Counted from the stretch's first letter, positions 17,233 to 27,861 are shown. The stretch: 40,016 nt of DNA from Bizionia sp. (GCA_018067115.1 JAGPVI010000314.1:1-40016); one strand, 5' to 3'. Translations and numbers: made by a program. The notes: generated from the sequence alone by a model not told the origin.

Positions 17233-18573
17233 ATGGAATTTGTTATAAAAATAAGTCAGTTTTTACTAAGTCTTTCGCTATTAATCGTGCTTCACGAGTT
17301 AGGCCATTTTATCCCAGCAAAATTATTTAAAACTAGAGTTGAAAAATTCTACCTGTTTTTTGATGTAAAGTTTTCGCTTTTCAAGAAAAAAATTGGTGAT
17401 ACCGTTTATGGAATTGGTTGGTTGCCGTTGGGTGGTTACGTTAAGATTTCTGGAATGATTGACGAAAGTATGGATAGAGAGCAAATGGAAAAGCCGCCAG
17501 AGCCTTGGGAGTTTCGTTCTAAACCAACGTGGCAACGTTTAATAATTATGTTAGGTGGTGTTTTTGTAAACTTTGTCTTAGCGTTAATTATATACATATT
17601 CGCGTCGTTTGCTTATGGTGATACAGATATTTCTGCGAAAAGCATTAAGGATGGTTATTTAATAGATAACCCGTTATTAACCGATTTAGGATTTAAAACG
17701 GGTGATGATATTGTTAAAGTCGGGGAAGCAGACGTTGTAAACTATTCTGATATTAGAACAAATCTTATAGGTGCTGAAACAGTAACTTTAAAACGTGACG
17801 GTGCAGAACAAGTAATAACTTTACCAGAAGACTTTTTAGGCCAATTATCTACGAGTAAGGACAGACGTCTTTTTGAGAGAAGAATGCCTTTTATGATTGG
17901 TGCTGTGCCAGACACATCTCATAATAGCAAAGCAGATTTAAAAGCGAAGGATATTATTTTATCTGTTAATGGAGATAAATTACGTTACTCTGATCAAGTG
18001 GTTTCTAAGTTGAAAAACTTAAAAGGAGAAACTGTAAAGGTTGAAGTATTAAGAGATAAAGAAACGATTATTAAAACGCTTCAAGTAGATAGCGAAGGGC
18101 GCTTTGGTGTTATTAATGGATCGTATCCTGAGTTGTTTGCCGAATTGGGATATTACGACATAGTAAGAAAAGAATATACATTAGGCGAAAGCTTTGGTGT
18201 TGGTTATTCTAAATTCACAAATCAAATTACAGGCTATTTTGGACAGTTAAAATTAATATTTAGTCCTAGCACTGGAGCCTATAAAGGTGTTGGAGGATTT
18301 AAAGCAATTTTCGATGTGTTTCCAAATACTTGGAGCTGGGAAGCATTTTGGGGTATTACAGCCTTCTTGTCGATAATGCTAGGAGTTCTTAACCTATTAC
18401 CTATTCCTGCTCTAGATGGTGGTCATGTTATGTTTTTACTGTACGAAATGATCTCAGGTAAGAAACCAAGTGATAAATTTATGGAGTATGCACAAACAGT
18501 TGGATTCTTCATTTTAATAGCATTGGTGCTGTTTGCGAACGGAAATGATGTCTTTAAAGCAATTTTTAATTAA
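17233..18573 (+). CDS. rseP: RIP (site-2) metalloprotease RseP
   Basis: HELGH, GWLPLGGYVKI, PDZ-like segments, NLLPIPALDGG. Confidence 0.96.
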   Translation: MEFVIKISQFLLSLSLLIVLHELGHFIPAKLFKTRVEKFYLFFDVKFSLFKKKIGDTVYGIGWLPLGGYVKISGMIDESMDREQMEKPPEPWEFRSKPTWQRLIIMLGGVFVNFVLALIIYIFASFAYGDTDISAKSIKDGYLIDNPLLTDLGFKTGDDIVKVGEADVVNYSDIRTNLIGAETVTLKRDGAEQVITLPEDFLGQLSTSKDRRLFERRMPFMIGAVPDTSHNSKADLKAKDIILSVNGDKLRYSDQVVSKLKNLKGETVKVEVLRDKETIIKTLQVDSEGRFGVINGSYPELFAELGYYDIVRKEYTLGESFGVGYSKFTNQITGYFGQLKLIFSPSTGAYKGVGGFKAIFDVFPNTWSWEAFWGITAFLSIMLGVLNLLPIPALDGGHVMFLLYEMISGKKPSDKFMEYAQTVGFFILIALVLFANGNDVFKAIFN

Positions 18574-18589
18574 TTTTTTTTGAAAAAGT

Positions 18590-18620
18590 TTTGCAGAAGT
18601 TAAAAAACGTGTTATATTTG
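18590..18620 (+). promoter_or_regulatory. tRNA promoter (-33 TTTG, -7 TATATTTG)
   Basis: TTTG at 18590-18593, a 19-nt spacer and TATATTTG at 18613-18620 match the Bacteroidetes consensus. Confidence 0.75.
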
Positions 18621-18642
18621 CACTCGCAACAGCGAAAAACAC

Positions 18643-18716
18643 TCCTCCTTAGCTCAGTTGGTTAGAGCATCTGACTGTTAATCAGAGGGTCCTTAGTTCG
18701 AGCCTAAGAGGAGGAG
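18643..18716 (+). tRNA. tRNA-Asn (GTT)
   Basis: Cloverleaf: acceptor TCCTCCT/AGGAGGA, D arm GCTC/GAGC, anticodon stem TCTGA/TCAGA with loop CTGTTAA, T arm CTTAG-TTCGAGC-CTAAG; CCA not encoded. Confidence 0.97.
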
Positions 18717-18727
18717 CAAGTTTAAAT

Positions 18728-18754
18728 AAGCCACTAGAAATAGTGGCTTTTTTT
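18728..18754 (+). terminator. Intrinsic terminator after tRNA-Asn
   Basis: AAGCCACTA-gaaa-TAGTGGCTT followed by a T-run. Confidence 0.88.
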
Positions 18755-18837
18755 ATGGAGTAAAGTCAAAGAATTACGTAATCAATAGGACGTGCCCAGA
18801 CACATCAGAAAGGACTCTAATTAATAAAAAACTATAC

Positions 18838-20409
18838 ATGAGCATTATTGCTTTCTTATCTAAAATTAAGTACACGACGTTAGTGTTCGTTATGGTTATT
18901 GTAACCGTCTTGAGTACATTCGCATTAAGTTATTTAATTACAGACGAAATCACTATTGTAAGTGAAGATATTGCTAAGCGTAATTTTAGAGAGAAATACG
19001 ACGGTACTAATAAAGAGTTAAATAGGTTAGAAGGCTTTTTAGAGCAAATAGAAAATATAGTAGAAAATGCGAGTTCAACTCATGAGCTTCAAGATGATTT
19101 TAAACGCTGGATTTCTTTTCAGCCAGAGCAGTTAGATTCGTTAATTACTTGGAAGCACCCGTCTAGCCGATTAAGTTTAAAGGCGCAGTTAACTATTGCT
19201 ACTCTTCAAGACACCATATTGCCAGTAAATGAGTCAGCGCATTTTTTCTCAATTATAAAAAAACAGAGTGTAATATTGCCATCCAACAAAGGGTATGTTT
19301 GGAGTAATAAACTTACGGTGGTAACACCAAAAAAGGACTCCTTATTTTTGGGGTATGATATCCCTTTAACAAATCTTCAAAAATACTTTGCCAATGTAGA
19401 TTCTAAGTCAATAAACTACGCTTACGTGTTTAATAAAGAAGGACTTTGCATTTTGCATCCAGATGAAACCCTATTAGGTGAAAATGTGTTTTCATTCAAG
19501 TCTTTAATTTCAAGAGATACTGTTGGAATTACTATAAACACAGAGAAACCGATGCTGGTAAAATCAGAGTTTCTACAATTGGATGTTATTAGGTATTTAA
19601 AGCCTTTAAAGCTAAAACACGCCTCTTGGTTTATAGCGGTGAGTTCTCCTAAAAACATAAGTGATGAGAATGTCGCTAGGATTAGACAATATACCTTTTT
19701 AATTTATGGTATTTCTTCTATGCTATTGGTGTTTGTTTTTTACTTTTTTAATCAGCGTGTTAAAAAACAGTACATCGAAAAAGAGCGCTTATTAAAAGAG
19801 AAAAGCAAACTTATACTGCAAAATGAAATTTCAGAAAAGGAAAGTTCGTTTTTGCAATTGCAGCAGCTTAAAGAGCAAATTAATCCACATTTCTTATTTA
19901 ATGCGCTTAACTCTTTATATATGTTAATAGACGTAAATAAAGATAAGTCTAAGCTATTTGCTTTAAAACTGTCTAAGTTGTATCGTTACTTTATTACTCC
20001 GCCTAAAAACAACATTACTTTAGTAGAAAAGGAATTGGCTTTACTTAACGAGTATATCTATTTACAAGAAACACGATTCAATCAAAGTTTAGTGGTTACC
20101 ATTTTAGGGGACAAGGAGAGGGTGAACAATCACTACATTCCTTTTTTAGCATTGCAAACTTTGGTAGAAAACGCTATTAAACATAATACAGCGACCAAAA
20201 GTAAGCCTTTAGTTATAACAGTGATTTTAAAACAAGCTGGAATAGAAGTGAACAATAATTACCAACCTATTGCTTCACCTGCAGACAGTAATCATTTTGG
20301 TATAGACTATTTAAAGCATACTTACGCTTTTTATAATATCAAAACCTTCACAAATTACGAGAAAGACGGCGAATATCTTTGTTTTTTACCTTACATATCT
20401 GTTGAGTAG
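18838..20409 (+). CDS. LytS/YehU-family sensor histidine kinase with periplasmic Cache-like domain
   Basis: Two TM segments; YAYVFNKEGLCILHPD Cache-like motif; LKEQINPHFLFNALNSL H-box; LQTLVENAIKHN N-box. Confidence 0.9.
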   Translation: MSIIAFLSKIKYTTLVFVMVIVTVLSTFALSYLITDEITIVSEDIAKRNFREKYDGTNKELNRLEGFLEQIENIVENASSTHELQDDFKRWISFQPEQLDSLITWKHPSSRLSLKAQLTIATLQDTILPVNESAHFFSIIKKQSVILPSNKGYVWSNKLTVVTPKKDSLFLGYDIPLTNLQKYFANVDSKSINYAYVFNKEGLCILHPDETLLGENVFSFKSLISRDTVGITINTEKPMLVKSEFLQLDVIRYLKPLKLKHASWFIAVSSPKNISDENVARIRQYTFLIYGISSMLLVFVFYFFNQRVKKQYIEKERLLKEKSKLILQNEISEKESSFLQLQQLKEQINPHFLFNALNSLYMLIDVNKDKSKLFALKLSKLYRYFITPPKNNITLVEKELALLNEYIYLQETRFNQSLVVTILGDKERVNNHYIPFLALQTLVENAIKHNTATKSKPLVITVILKQAGIEVNNNYQPIASPADSNHFGIDYLKHTYAFYNIKTFTNYEKDGEYLCFLPYISVE

Positions 20410-20411
20410 TC

Positions 20412-20441
20412 CATTCACTCCCGAATACTAGACGCTCACTC
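20412..20441 (+). promoter_or_regulatory. Putative LytTR binding site (9-bp direct repeat, 12-bp spacer)
   Basis: CATTCACTC-N12-CGCTCACTC, ending 58 nt upstream of the protease ATG. Confidence 0.6.
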
Positions 20442-20499
20442 TTGTTTTTTTGTGAGTGTTTACTAATATTAAGATTTTTAGCGAAATTAAAATCTCATT

Positions 20500-23088
20500 A
20501 TGTTTAAAGATCAGTTCGGTTCTATTTTTAAAATAGCACTGTTTATAATTTTTTTCGGAAGCACTTTAAATGCTTCAGCTCAGAAAAACGGTAGTAAGAA
20601 AGACGAGAAAACTACAAAAGAGGAATCTAAGGATAGTTTGACTAAAACTTATAAGGATTATGATAAATTACTTGAAAAAGGGACGCTAACTAAAGGTCTT
20701 TTCTCTGTTCTTAAATCAGAAAATGATTATTATTTTGAAATTCCAGACAGTCTTTTTCAAAGAGAATTCTTATTGGTAAACAAAATATCTCAAGTACCAT
20801 TAGCTTTAAATGAAACAGGCCTTAATAAAGGGATGAATTATGAAAATAAGTTAATCACGTTTCATAAGGATAGTCTTTCAAAAACGATTTGGGTAAAAAC
20901 CAATAAACCTATGGTTTCTTCGCCTAAAGAAGATGCTATAACCTTATCTGTAAAGGCTAATTTCGGAGAATCTATAATTGAGAAATTTGACATAGAGAGC
21001 TATAATCCTAAAACAAACGCCCCTTTAATTAAAGCAAATAAAGTGTTTAACGGTAAAGAAAAAAGCTTTAATGATGTGCTTAATAATATTGGCTTAGGTG
21101 GCAGCGTTAAAAGTGATTTATCGTATATCGAACAGGTTAAAACCTTTCCAGAAAACGTAGTGGTTAAATCTCAATTAACAACTACAATTAGTGAGGGTGG
21201 GCCAGATATGTATATTACATTGGGCGTGACTACTAATATTGTATTGTTGCCAAAAGCACCTATGCAGCCAAGGTATTTAGATAAGCGTGTTGGTTTTTTT
21301 ACTGAAAAACATTGGTTTTTTAATGATAAGCAGCAGGCTATGAAAGAACAAGAACTTATTACAAGGTGGCGTTTGGAGCCTAAGCCAGAAGATATTGAGA
21401 ACTATATAAAAGGAGAATTGGTAGAGCCTAAAAAACCTATTGTCTATTATATAGATCCCGCAACACCAAAACAATGGCGTAGCTATATTATACAAGGTGT
21501 AAAAGATTGGCAAGTTGCTTTTGAGAAAGCAGGCTTTAAAAACGCAATTACTGCAAAAGAGCCAGATGCAAACGATAAAGATTTTGATATAGATGATGTG
21601 CGTTATTCTGTAATTACTTACGCTGCTTCGCCAAAATCTAATGCTATGGGACCATCAGTGGTAGATCCCAGAAGTGGAGAAATTATAGAGGCCGATATTA
21701 TTTGGTGGCACAATGTAATGACATCTTTACAGAGTTGGATGCGTATTCAAACAGGGCCAATAGATAGTAAATCTAGAGGCAATGTTTTTGAAGATGAACA
21801 TATGGGTGAAGCTATCAGGTTTGTGTCCTCTCATGAAGTAGGGCATACATTTGGGTTAAAACACAATATGGGGTCTTCTTATAGTTTTCCTGTAGATTCT
21901 CTACGATCAAAAACATTTACAGATAAAATGGGTGGTACATCACCCTCAATAATGGACTATGCGCGTTATAATTATGTTGCGCAACCAGAAGATAATATTA
22001 CCACAATAACACCTAAAATTGGGGTTTATGATAAGTATGCTATTCAATGGGGGTACCAATGGTTTAAATCACCATCAGAGGAAAAGGAAAAATTAAAGGC
22101 GTTAGTCGATAGTCATAATAACGATCCGCTTTATTTCTACGGCGAGCAGCAGCCTTATAAAAACACGATAGACCCGAGATCTCAGGCTGAAGATTTGGGC
22201 GATAATGCTATGTTGGCAAGTACGTATGGACTTAAAAACTTAAAACGTGTCGTCGATAATTTAGAAAACTGGACCTATAAGCACGGCGATGATTATTATA
22301 ATACCGGTAAATTATATATGGGTGTTATAGGGCAATGGCAAATGTATAATGCGCATGTAATGAATAATATTGGTGGTGTATATTTAAACATAACACAACA
22401 CGGTGACGGTAAGCAGAGTTATGAGCCCGTTCCCTACGCGTTGCAGAAAGATGCTGTGGCATATTTAAATAAAAATATATTTACAATACCAGAGTGGTTA
22501 CTTTTTAATCCTGTGTTAAAGCATACGTATGCTATTAAGGATTCTCCAGTAGGGCCATTCGAGTATACGCCTTACACATTATCTAGAGAATTACAATATA
22601 GTATACTTTATCAATTATTAGGAGATGAGCGCTTGTTGCGATTAGTGGAAGCAAATTTATACAACCCTAACGAAGAATCTCGTTACACAGTACAGCATTT
22701 GTTTTCAGATTTGCGTAATCATATGTTTTATAATACAACTAAAGGTAAATCGTTGACTGTCTTAGAGCGCATGTCTCAAAAAAACTATGTCGATGTTTTA
22801 TTAGTGGATGTACAGAAGATAATGGAAAAAACAACCCTGAAAAAGCTAACGACATTAAGTGATATTACAGATACTAGTTTTTGTATGGTGGCTTTAAACG
22901 AAGAAAAACAAGCACGAAACATTAATTATACTTCTATGAGGCGGGTGTCTGAAATAGCCTCGTACAAACGACAAGAGTTAAGAAATGTATTGCAATTGTT
23001 AGAAAAAAAGAAGCGCAAAGGCGATGACAATACAAAAGCACATTACAACGATTTAATATATCGTATAAAAAACACACTAAACTTTTAA
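20500..23088 (+). CDS. Exported zinc-dependent metalloprotease (metzincin; DUF5118/DUF5117/DUF4953-type)
   Basis: Signal peptide NASA|Q; PKKPIVYYIDPATP, DPRSGEII, HEVGHTFGLKH (HExxHxxGxxH) and Met-turn SIMDY. Confidence 0.9.
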   Translation: MFKDQFGSIFKIALFIIFFGSTLNASAQKNGSKKDEKTTKEESKDSLTKTYKDYDKLLEKGTLTKGLFSVLKSENDYYFEIPDSLFQREFLLVNKISQVPLALNETGLNKGMNYENKLITFHKDSLSKTIWVKTNKPMVSSPKEDAITLSVKANFGESIIEKFDIESYNPKTNAPLIKANKVFNGKEKSFNDVLNNIGLGGSVKSDLSYIEQVKTFPENVVVKSQLTTTISEGGPDMYITLGVTTNIVLLPKAPMQPRYLDKRVGFFTEKHWFFNDKQQAMKEQELITRWRLEPKPEDIENYIKGELVEPKKPIVYYIDPATPKQWRSYIIQGVKDWQVAFEKAGFKNAITAKEPDANDKDFDIDDVRYSVITYAASPKSNAMGPSVVDPRSGEIIEADIIWWHNVMTSLQSWMRIQTGPIDSKSRGNVFEDEHMGEAIRFVSSHEVGHTFGLKHNMGSSYSFPVDSLRSKTFTDKMGGTSPSIMDYARYNYVAQPEDNITTITPKIGVYDKYAIQWGYQWFKSPSEEKEKLKALVDSHNNDPLYFYGEQQPYKNTIDPRSQAEDLGDNAMLASTYGLKNLKRVVDNLENWTYKHGDDYYNTGKLYMGVIGQWQMYNAHVMNNIGGVYLNITQHGDGKQSYEPVPYALQKDAVAYLNKNIFTIPEWLLFNPVLKHTYAIKDSPVGPFEYTPYTLSRELQYSILYQLLGDERLLRLVEANLYNPNEESRYTVQHLFSDLRNHMFYNTTKGKSLTVLERMSQKNYVDVLLVDVQKIMEKTTLKKLTTLSDITDTSFCMVALNEEKQARNINYTSMRRVSEIASYKRQELRNVLQLLEKKKRKGDDNTKAHYNDLIYRIKNTLNF

Positions 23089-23105
23089 TTTTAACTTACA
23101 TTTTT

Positions 23106-26100
23106 ATGAATAAGTTCCTTATTACAATATTCTTTCTAGCTGCTACAGCAGGCTGGGCACAGGATATGAGAACAATTACAGGAGAAGTAACGGGTGCATC
23201 AGATGGCTTTCCGTTGCCAGGAGCATCTGTTTATGTTGCTAAAAACATGGTCGCTAGTGAGACAGGTGTAGATGGTGTAATAGAAAATATATCTATTGGA
23301 GTAGTTGCAGATTTTGACGGTAAATTTACATTAAAATTACCAGTAGCCGTAACGCAAATAGTCGTGTCTTATTTGGGGTATGAAACTAAGACTATAAACT
23401 TAACTAGAACTTCAAATTACACGATTTCCTTACAAGAAGATGTCGCTAGTTTAAATGAAGTAATACTAACAGGTTACCAAAAGGTAGAAAAAAGAAAACT
23501 GACCTCTTCTGTTGCCAAAGTAGATATGGAGGAAATTGGACAAATAGGTGTTGCCAGTGTAGACCAAATGTTACAAGGACAGCTTGCGGGTGTTGTGGCA
23601 ACCTCAGAAACTGGGGCACCAGGTGCACCTACAAAAATCAGAATTAGAGGTACGGCCTCTTTATCTGGGCCTCTAGATCCGTTGTGGGTTGTAGATGGTT
23701 TGCCTTTAGAGGGTAACGATGTGCCAGACTTTAGCGATAAAGATAATATCGATCAATTACGTAATTATGCTATTGCAGGTCTTAACCCAGATGATATTAA
23801 AGATATTACTATTTTAAAAGATGCCGCTGCCACTGCAATTTATGGCGCTAGAGCCGCAAATGGTGTTATTGTAGTGACAACTAAACGCGGTAAAAGTGGC
23901 GAAATGAGAGTAAGCTTTTCTGCAAATACATTTTTTACGTCAAAACCAGATTTCGAGAAGTTAAACCTAATGAATTCTCAGCAGAAAGTAGATTTCGAAT
24001 TAGGGCTAGCGTCACGTACAGATTTAGATTATAGAACAGATAAAGGAGAGATTTCGCGTATCTTAAATGCTTCAGGTGAACTAGCAGCTTATCAAATGAA
24101 TGGATTTTCTTCATTAAGTTCAGAAACACAAATGGCTATTAATTCACTTAGAAATACCTCTGCAGATTGGGGGGATTTATTATACCAATCGAGTGCAAAT
24201 AAACAATATAGTTTAGGTATTTCTGGAGGTACAGACACTTCAGATTATTACTTCTCTTTAGGGTATTATGATGAAGAAGGTACAACTATTGGAACAGGAT
24301 TAGAGCGTTACAATATTACTTTAAAAAATAATTTTGAAGTGAACGATCGTTTTAAAGTTGGAGCTTCTGTTTTTCTTTCTCAATCTAAGAAAGAATCTTA
24401 TTTAACAGGAACCGATGCCTTTACTAATCCTGCTAATTACAGCAGAAATGTTAATCCGTATTTTAATCCTTATAATGCCGACGGATCTTTTAATTACGAC
24501 CAAGATATTGAAGGGTCAGATGGTAGATATGTTCCGTTTAACTTTATAGAAGAACGCCAAAACACATCGTACGATCTAAAAAACCAAGCTGTAAAAGCTA
24601 TTTTTGATGGGGCTTACGAAATTACAAACGATCTTACTATTTCTACTCAGTTAGGATTGCAAATGGATAAAACGAGCACAGAGAAATATGCAGCAAGTGA
24701 CACTTATTTTTCTAGAAAAGAGCGTGAAAAAAGTAGACGTTACGATTCTAGTATAAGTGATTTTTATTACTTTTTACCAGAAGGGGGTATCATACAAAAC
24801 TGGAATGATGATTTTTTTCAATATAACTGGAAATCGTTATTAACTTATACTACTCGATTTGGAGATAAACATGAAGTGGAAGGGTTATTAGGAACAGAGC
24901 TAAGACGTAATAAGTTTACTAGTATTATGAGTCGTGGATTCGGGTATAATAGCAATACGTTAACAACAACGCCAGTAATTTTCCCTAATGAGGATGTTGC
25001 AGGCGAAAGCACCTATAAAACGTACGAGAAATCTACGGCAGAGAATGCTTATGCATCTTTTTATGCAACAGGTTCGTATACTTACGATCGTAAATACACG
25101 TTTTTTGGTAGTGTGCGTTACGACGGTTCAAATTTATTTGGAGTAGATCCTAAATACAAATATTTACCGCTATGGTCTGTTTCTGGATCTTGGTTGGCTA
25201 GCGAAGAAAACTTTTTGGCAGATAGTGATGTGGTTTCTAATTTACGTTTTAGAGCATCTTATGGTTTACAGGGTAATATAGATAGAAATACCTCGCCGTA
25301 TGTTGTTGGTGAATACGATTCTACTAGCATTTTACCAGGAACTTCAGAAGAAACGGTTGTGGTTACATCTCCGCCTAATTCAAAATTACGTTGGGAGAAA
25401 ACAACGAATACTAATATTGGTATGGATTTAGGCCTGTTTAATGGTAGGGTTAATATTGCTGCAGATGTTTACAAAAGAAACAGTACAGATTTAATAGGAC
25501 TGCGCTCTATACCTTTAGAAAACGGATTTGAGTTTACCAACTTAAACTGGGCAGAAGTCACTAATAAAGGGTATGAAATTAGTGTGTCGACTAGAAACAT
25601 TGTAACTAAAGATTTTTCTTGGACAACTAACATTAATATTTCTCACAATAAAAGTGTGGTAGATAATATACAGGTTCGAGAAAATAGCTTTTTACCTTCT
25701 CGAGAAGGTTTGCCTGTTAACGCTGTGTTTGCGTTAAAAACTGCAGGAATTGACGAAAATGGATACCCTTTATTTCAACAAGGAGATGAGGTTGTTTCGG
25801 CTGTAGACTTTTTTAAATTAAAGGATCCTTGGGAAAGTTTCTTTCCTGGTCAATTAACAGAATCAGAATTATCTAATGAAGAATTTAGAAACTTATTTAG
25901 TTATGTGGGAGATAGAGATCCTAAATTTAGTGGAGGGATAATCAATACATTTAAATATAAAAATATAGATTTTACTATTGCTGCCAACTTTAATATAAAA
26001 CAAACGGTAGTAGAGCGACCTCCATATAACGGTACAGAAATGGATCGCGGTCAAAACCATTCAACACAAATTCTAGACGCTTGGTCATCAACAAATACTA

Positions 26101-26447
26101 ACAGTAGTTTGCCAGGAATTGTAGGGGCAAATTCTGGAACTGGTGATTCTTGGATGGCATACAAATATTTTAGTGGTATTAATCCTATAGAAACAATACC
26201 ATTATTAGATATCTGGGTAAAAGAAATGAGTTATGTAAGAATTAATAGTATGCGCTTAGGCTATAGTTTTCCAGAAGCACTTACTTCAAAATTAAATATT
26301 AATAGTTTCCGTTTAAGTGTTGAAGGACGAAATTTATTGGTGTTTGGAACCGATTACGATGGCTATTTTGATCCTGAAACGTATGGTAATATCTACGCGC
26401 AGCCTATTTCAAAATCTGTTGCCTTAGGTTTAAATGTAACTTTTTAA
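23106..26447 (+). CDS. susC: SusC/RagA family TonB-linked outer-membrane transporter
   Basis: LNEVILTGY, IRIRGTAS, PLWVVDG, LNPDDIKDITILKDAAATAIYGARAANGVIVVTTKRG, RYDGS, LRWEKT; C-terminal Phe. Confidence 0.96.
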   Translation: MNKFLITIFFLAATAGWAQDMRTITGEVTGASDGFPLPGASVYVAKNMVASETGVDGVIENISIGVVADFDGKFTLKLPVAVTQIVVSYLGYETKTINLTRTSNYTISLQEDVASLNEVILTGYQKVEKRKLTSSVAKVDMEEIGQIGVASVDQMLQGQLAGVVATSETGAPGAPTKIRIRGTASLSGPLDPLWVVDGLPLEGNDVPDFSDKDNIDQLRNYAIAGLNPDDIKDITILKDAAATAIYGARAANGVIVVTTKRGKSGEMRVSFSANTFFTSKPDFEKLNLMNSQQKVDFELGLASRTDLDYRTDKGEISRILNASGELAAYQMNGFSSLSSETQMAINSLRNTSADWGDLLYQSSANKQYSLGISGGTDTSDYYFSLGYYDEEGTTIGTGLERYNITLKNNFEVNDRFKVGASVFLSQSKKESYLTGTDAFTNPANYSRNVNPYFNPYNADGSFNYDQDIEGSDGRYVPFNFIEERQNTSYDLKNQAVKAIFDGAYEITNDLTISTQLGLQMDKTSTEKYAASDTYFSRKEREKSRRYDSSISDFYYFLPEGGIIQNWNDDFFQYNWKSLLTYTTRFGDKHEVEGLLGTELRRNKFTSIMSRGFGYNSNTLTTTPVIFPNEDVAGESTYKTYEKSTAENAYASFYATGSYTYDRKYTFFGSVRYDGSNLFGVDPKYKYLPLWSVSGSWLASEENFLADSDVVSNLRFRASYGLQGNIDRNTSPYVVGEYDSTSILPGTSEETVVVTSPPNSKLRWEKTTNTNIGMDLGLFNGRVNIAADVYKRNSTDLIGLRSIPLENGFEFTNLNWAEVTNKGYEISVSTRNIVTKDFSWTTNINISHNKSVVDNIQVRENSFLPSREGLPVNAVFALKTAGIDENGYPLFQQGDEVVSAVDFFKLKDPWESFFPGQLTESELSNEEFRNLFSYVGDRDPKFSGGIINTFKYKNIDFTIAANFNIKQTVVERPPYNGTEMDRGQNHSTQILDAWSSTNTNSSLPGIVGANSGTGDSWMAYKYFSGINPIETIPLLDIWVKEMSYVRINSMRLGYSFPEALTSKLNINSFRLSVEGRNLLVFGTDYDGYFDPETYGNIYAQPISKSVALGLNVTF

Positions 26448-26456
26448 AAATTAGAA

Positions 26457-27776
26457 ATGATGAAACAAACACGCCTATTTATACTAACGATATTTACCCT
26501 TCTTGCAGTAGGGTGCGATGATTATTTAGAGATAGAACCAGAAGGAAAAGTTATTCCAGAAACTTTAGAGGAGTTTAGAGCGGTATTAACTAAGGGGTAT
26601 TCTGTTTTTCCGCAACAAAAATCTATAGTAACCTATAGAACCGATGAGCTGATTTTAGACGAGAATAGTTTCGATTTTCCTGTCTATAAAGATATTTATA
26701 CTTGGAGAGATTCTAATTTAGATGCTCAAACTAAGCGGTACCCATATATTCAAGTATATAATGCTATTTTTTATGCCAATCATGTAATAGAAGAAGGGAC
26801 TAAAAGAATTGAAGAATCTCAAGAAAAAAGTCAACTAGTAGGTGAAGCTTATGCGTTACGTGCCTATGCACATTTCGATTTGGTAAACCTTTACGGTAAA
26901 CCATATAATGCCGCAACAGCAAATGCAGACTCGGGGGTTCCTTTAGCTTTAGAAATAGATTTGGAACAGGTTTTTACACCTGTTTCTGTACAAGCGGTAT
27001 ACGACCAAGTTTTAACAGATATAGAAAAGGCTAAGTCTTTATTAAATGTAACACGTTATGAAGCAGGTTTAAATTATCGCTTTACAAAAACAGCAATTTT
27101 AGCATTGCAAGCTCGTGTGTATAGTTATATGAATAATAGTGAAGCAGCTTTAGATGCTGTAAACAGTGCATTAACACTTAACGATGCCGTTGTAAACTTA
27201 AACGACACTGCAGCGCTGCCAAACCTATACACCTCTGTAGAATCTATAATGGCTTTAGAAGATGTATTTGATTCAGGTCTTAAAAACAGTTCGACTATTT
27301 CTCCAGAATTATTAGCTGTTTACGATACTACAAATGATTTAAGATTTGGATTGTATTTCACCGAGGACGATGGTAGTTATAAAGCGGCAAAAGGAGGGGA
27401 GCAAGAATTTAAATGTTCATTTAGAGTTTCTGAATTAGTATTACTAAAAGCGGAAGCCGAAGCTAAATTAGGGAGTTTAAACGCTGCTAAATCTACGTTG
27501 CTAGGCTTTATGCAAAACCGTTACCAAAGCTCATATATGCCTAGCTTAGAAGCGGCTATTAATAATTTGGCTGCAACAGATTTTATGTCAGAATTATACA
27601 CAGAACGTAGAAGAGAATTAGCTTTAGAAGGTCACCGTTGGTTCGATTTACGACGCACATCACAACTAGAGATAACACACGTTGTTAATGGTGAGACGTT
27701 TACATTAATAGAAAACGATCCAAGATATACATTACGTTTCCCAGAAGACGCAATTTTAAATAATCCTGAATTATAA
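26457..27776 (+). CDS. susD: RagB/SusD family surface lipoprotein
   Basis: Lipobox LAVG|CDDYLE; GEAYALRAYAHFDLVNLYG; ERRRELALEGHRWFDLRR. The start could be the second Met (26460). Confidence 0.95.
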   Translation: MMKQTRLFILTIFTLLAVGCDDYLEIEPEGKVIPETLEEFRAVLTKGYSVFPQQKSIVTYRTDELILDENSFDFPVYKDIYTWRDSNLDAQTKRYPYIQVYNAIFYANHVIEEGTKRIEESQEKSQLVGEAYALRAYAHFDLVNLYGKPYNAATANADSGVPLALEIDLEQVFTPVSVQAVYDQVLTDIEKAKSLLNVTRYEAGLNYRFTKTAILALQARVYSYMNNSEAALDAVNSALTLNDAVVNLNDTAALPNLYTSVESIMALEDVFDSGLKNSSTISPELLAVYDTTNDLRFGLYFTEDDGSYKAAKGGEQEFKCSFRVSELVLLKAEAEAKLGSLNAAKSTLLGFMQNRYQSSYMPSLEAAINNLAATDFMSELYTERRRELALEGHRWFDLRRTSQLEITHVVNGETFTLIENDPRYTLRFPEDAILNNPEL

Positions 27777-27814
27777 TATTCAAGAGTTAGTCTGTTGGTA
27801 ATATTTACCTAGTT

Positions 27815-27842
27815 AAACCCGATAGTTCTATCGGGTTTTTTT
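27815..27842 (+). terminator. Intrinsic terminator after susD
   Basis: AAACCCGATAG-tt-CTATCGGGTTT followed by a T-run. Confidence 0.85.
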
Positions 27843-27861
27843 ATTTTTATAAAAAAAAGAT

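Noticed and set aside
18792-18817. GTGCCCAGA...AGGACTC, faintly like the reverse complement of a tRNA 3' end (att scar)
   Set aside because: Too short and interrupted, with no T-loop TTCGA match; indistinguishable from chance
12732-24129. Short ORFs 12732-12962, 14257-14442, 14776-15003, 15019-15204, 17323-17535, 19422-19658, 21277-21513, 23446-23628 and 23935-24129
   Set aside because: Nested in or antisense to confident CDSs with no independent coding evidence
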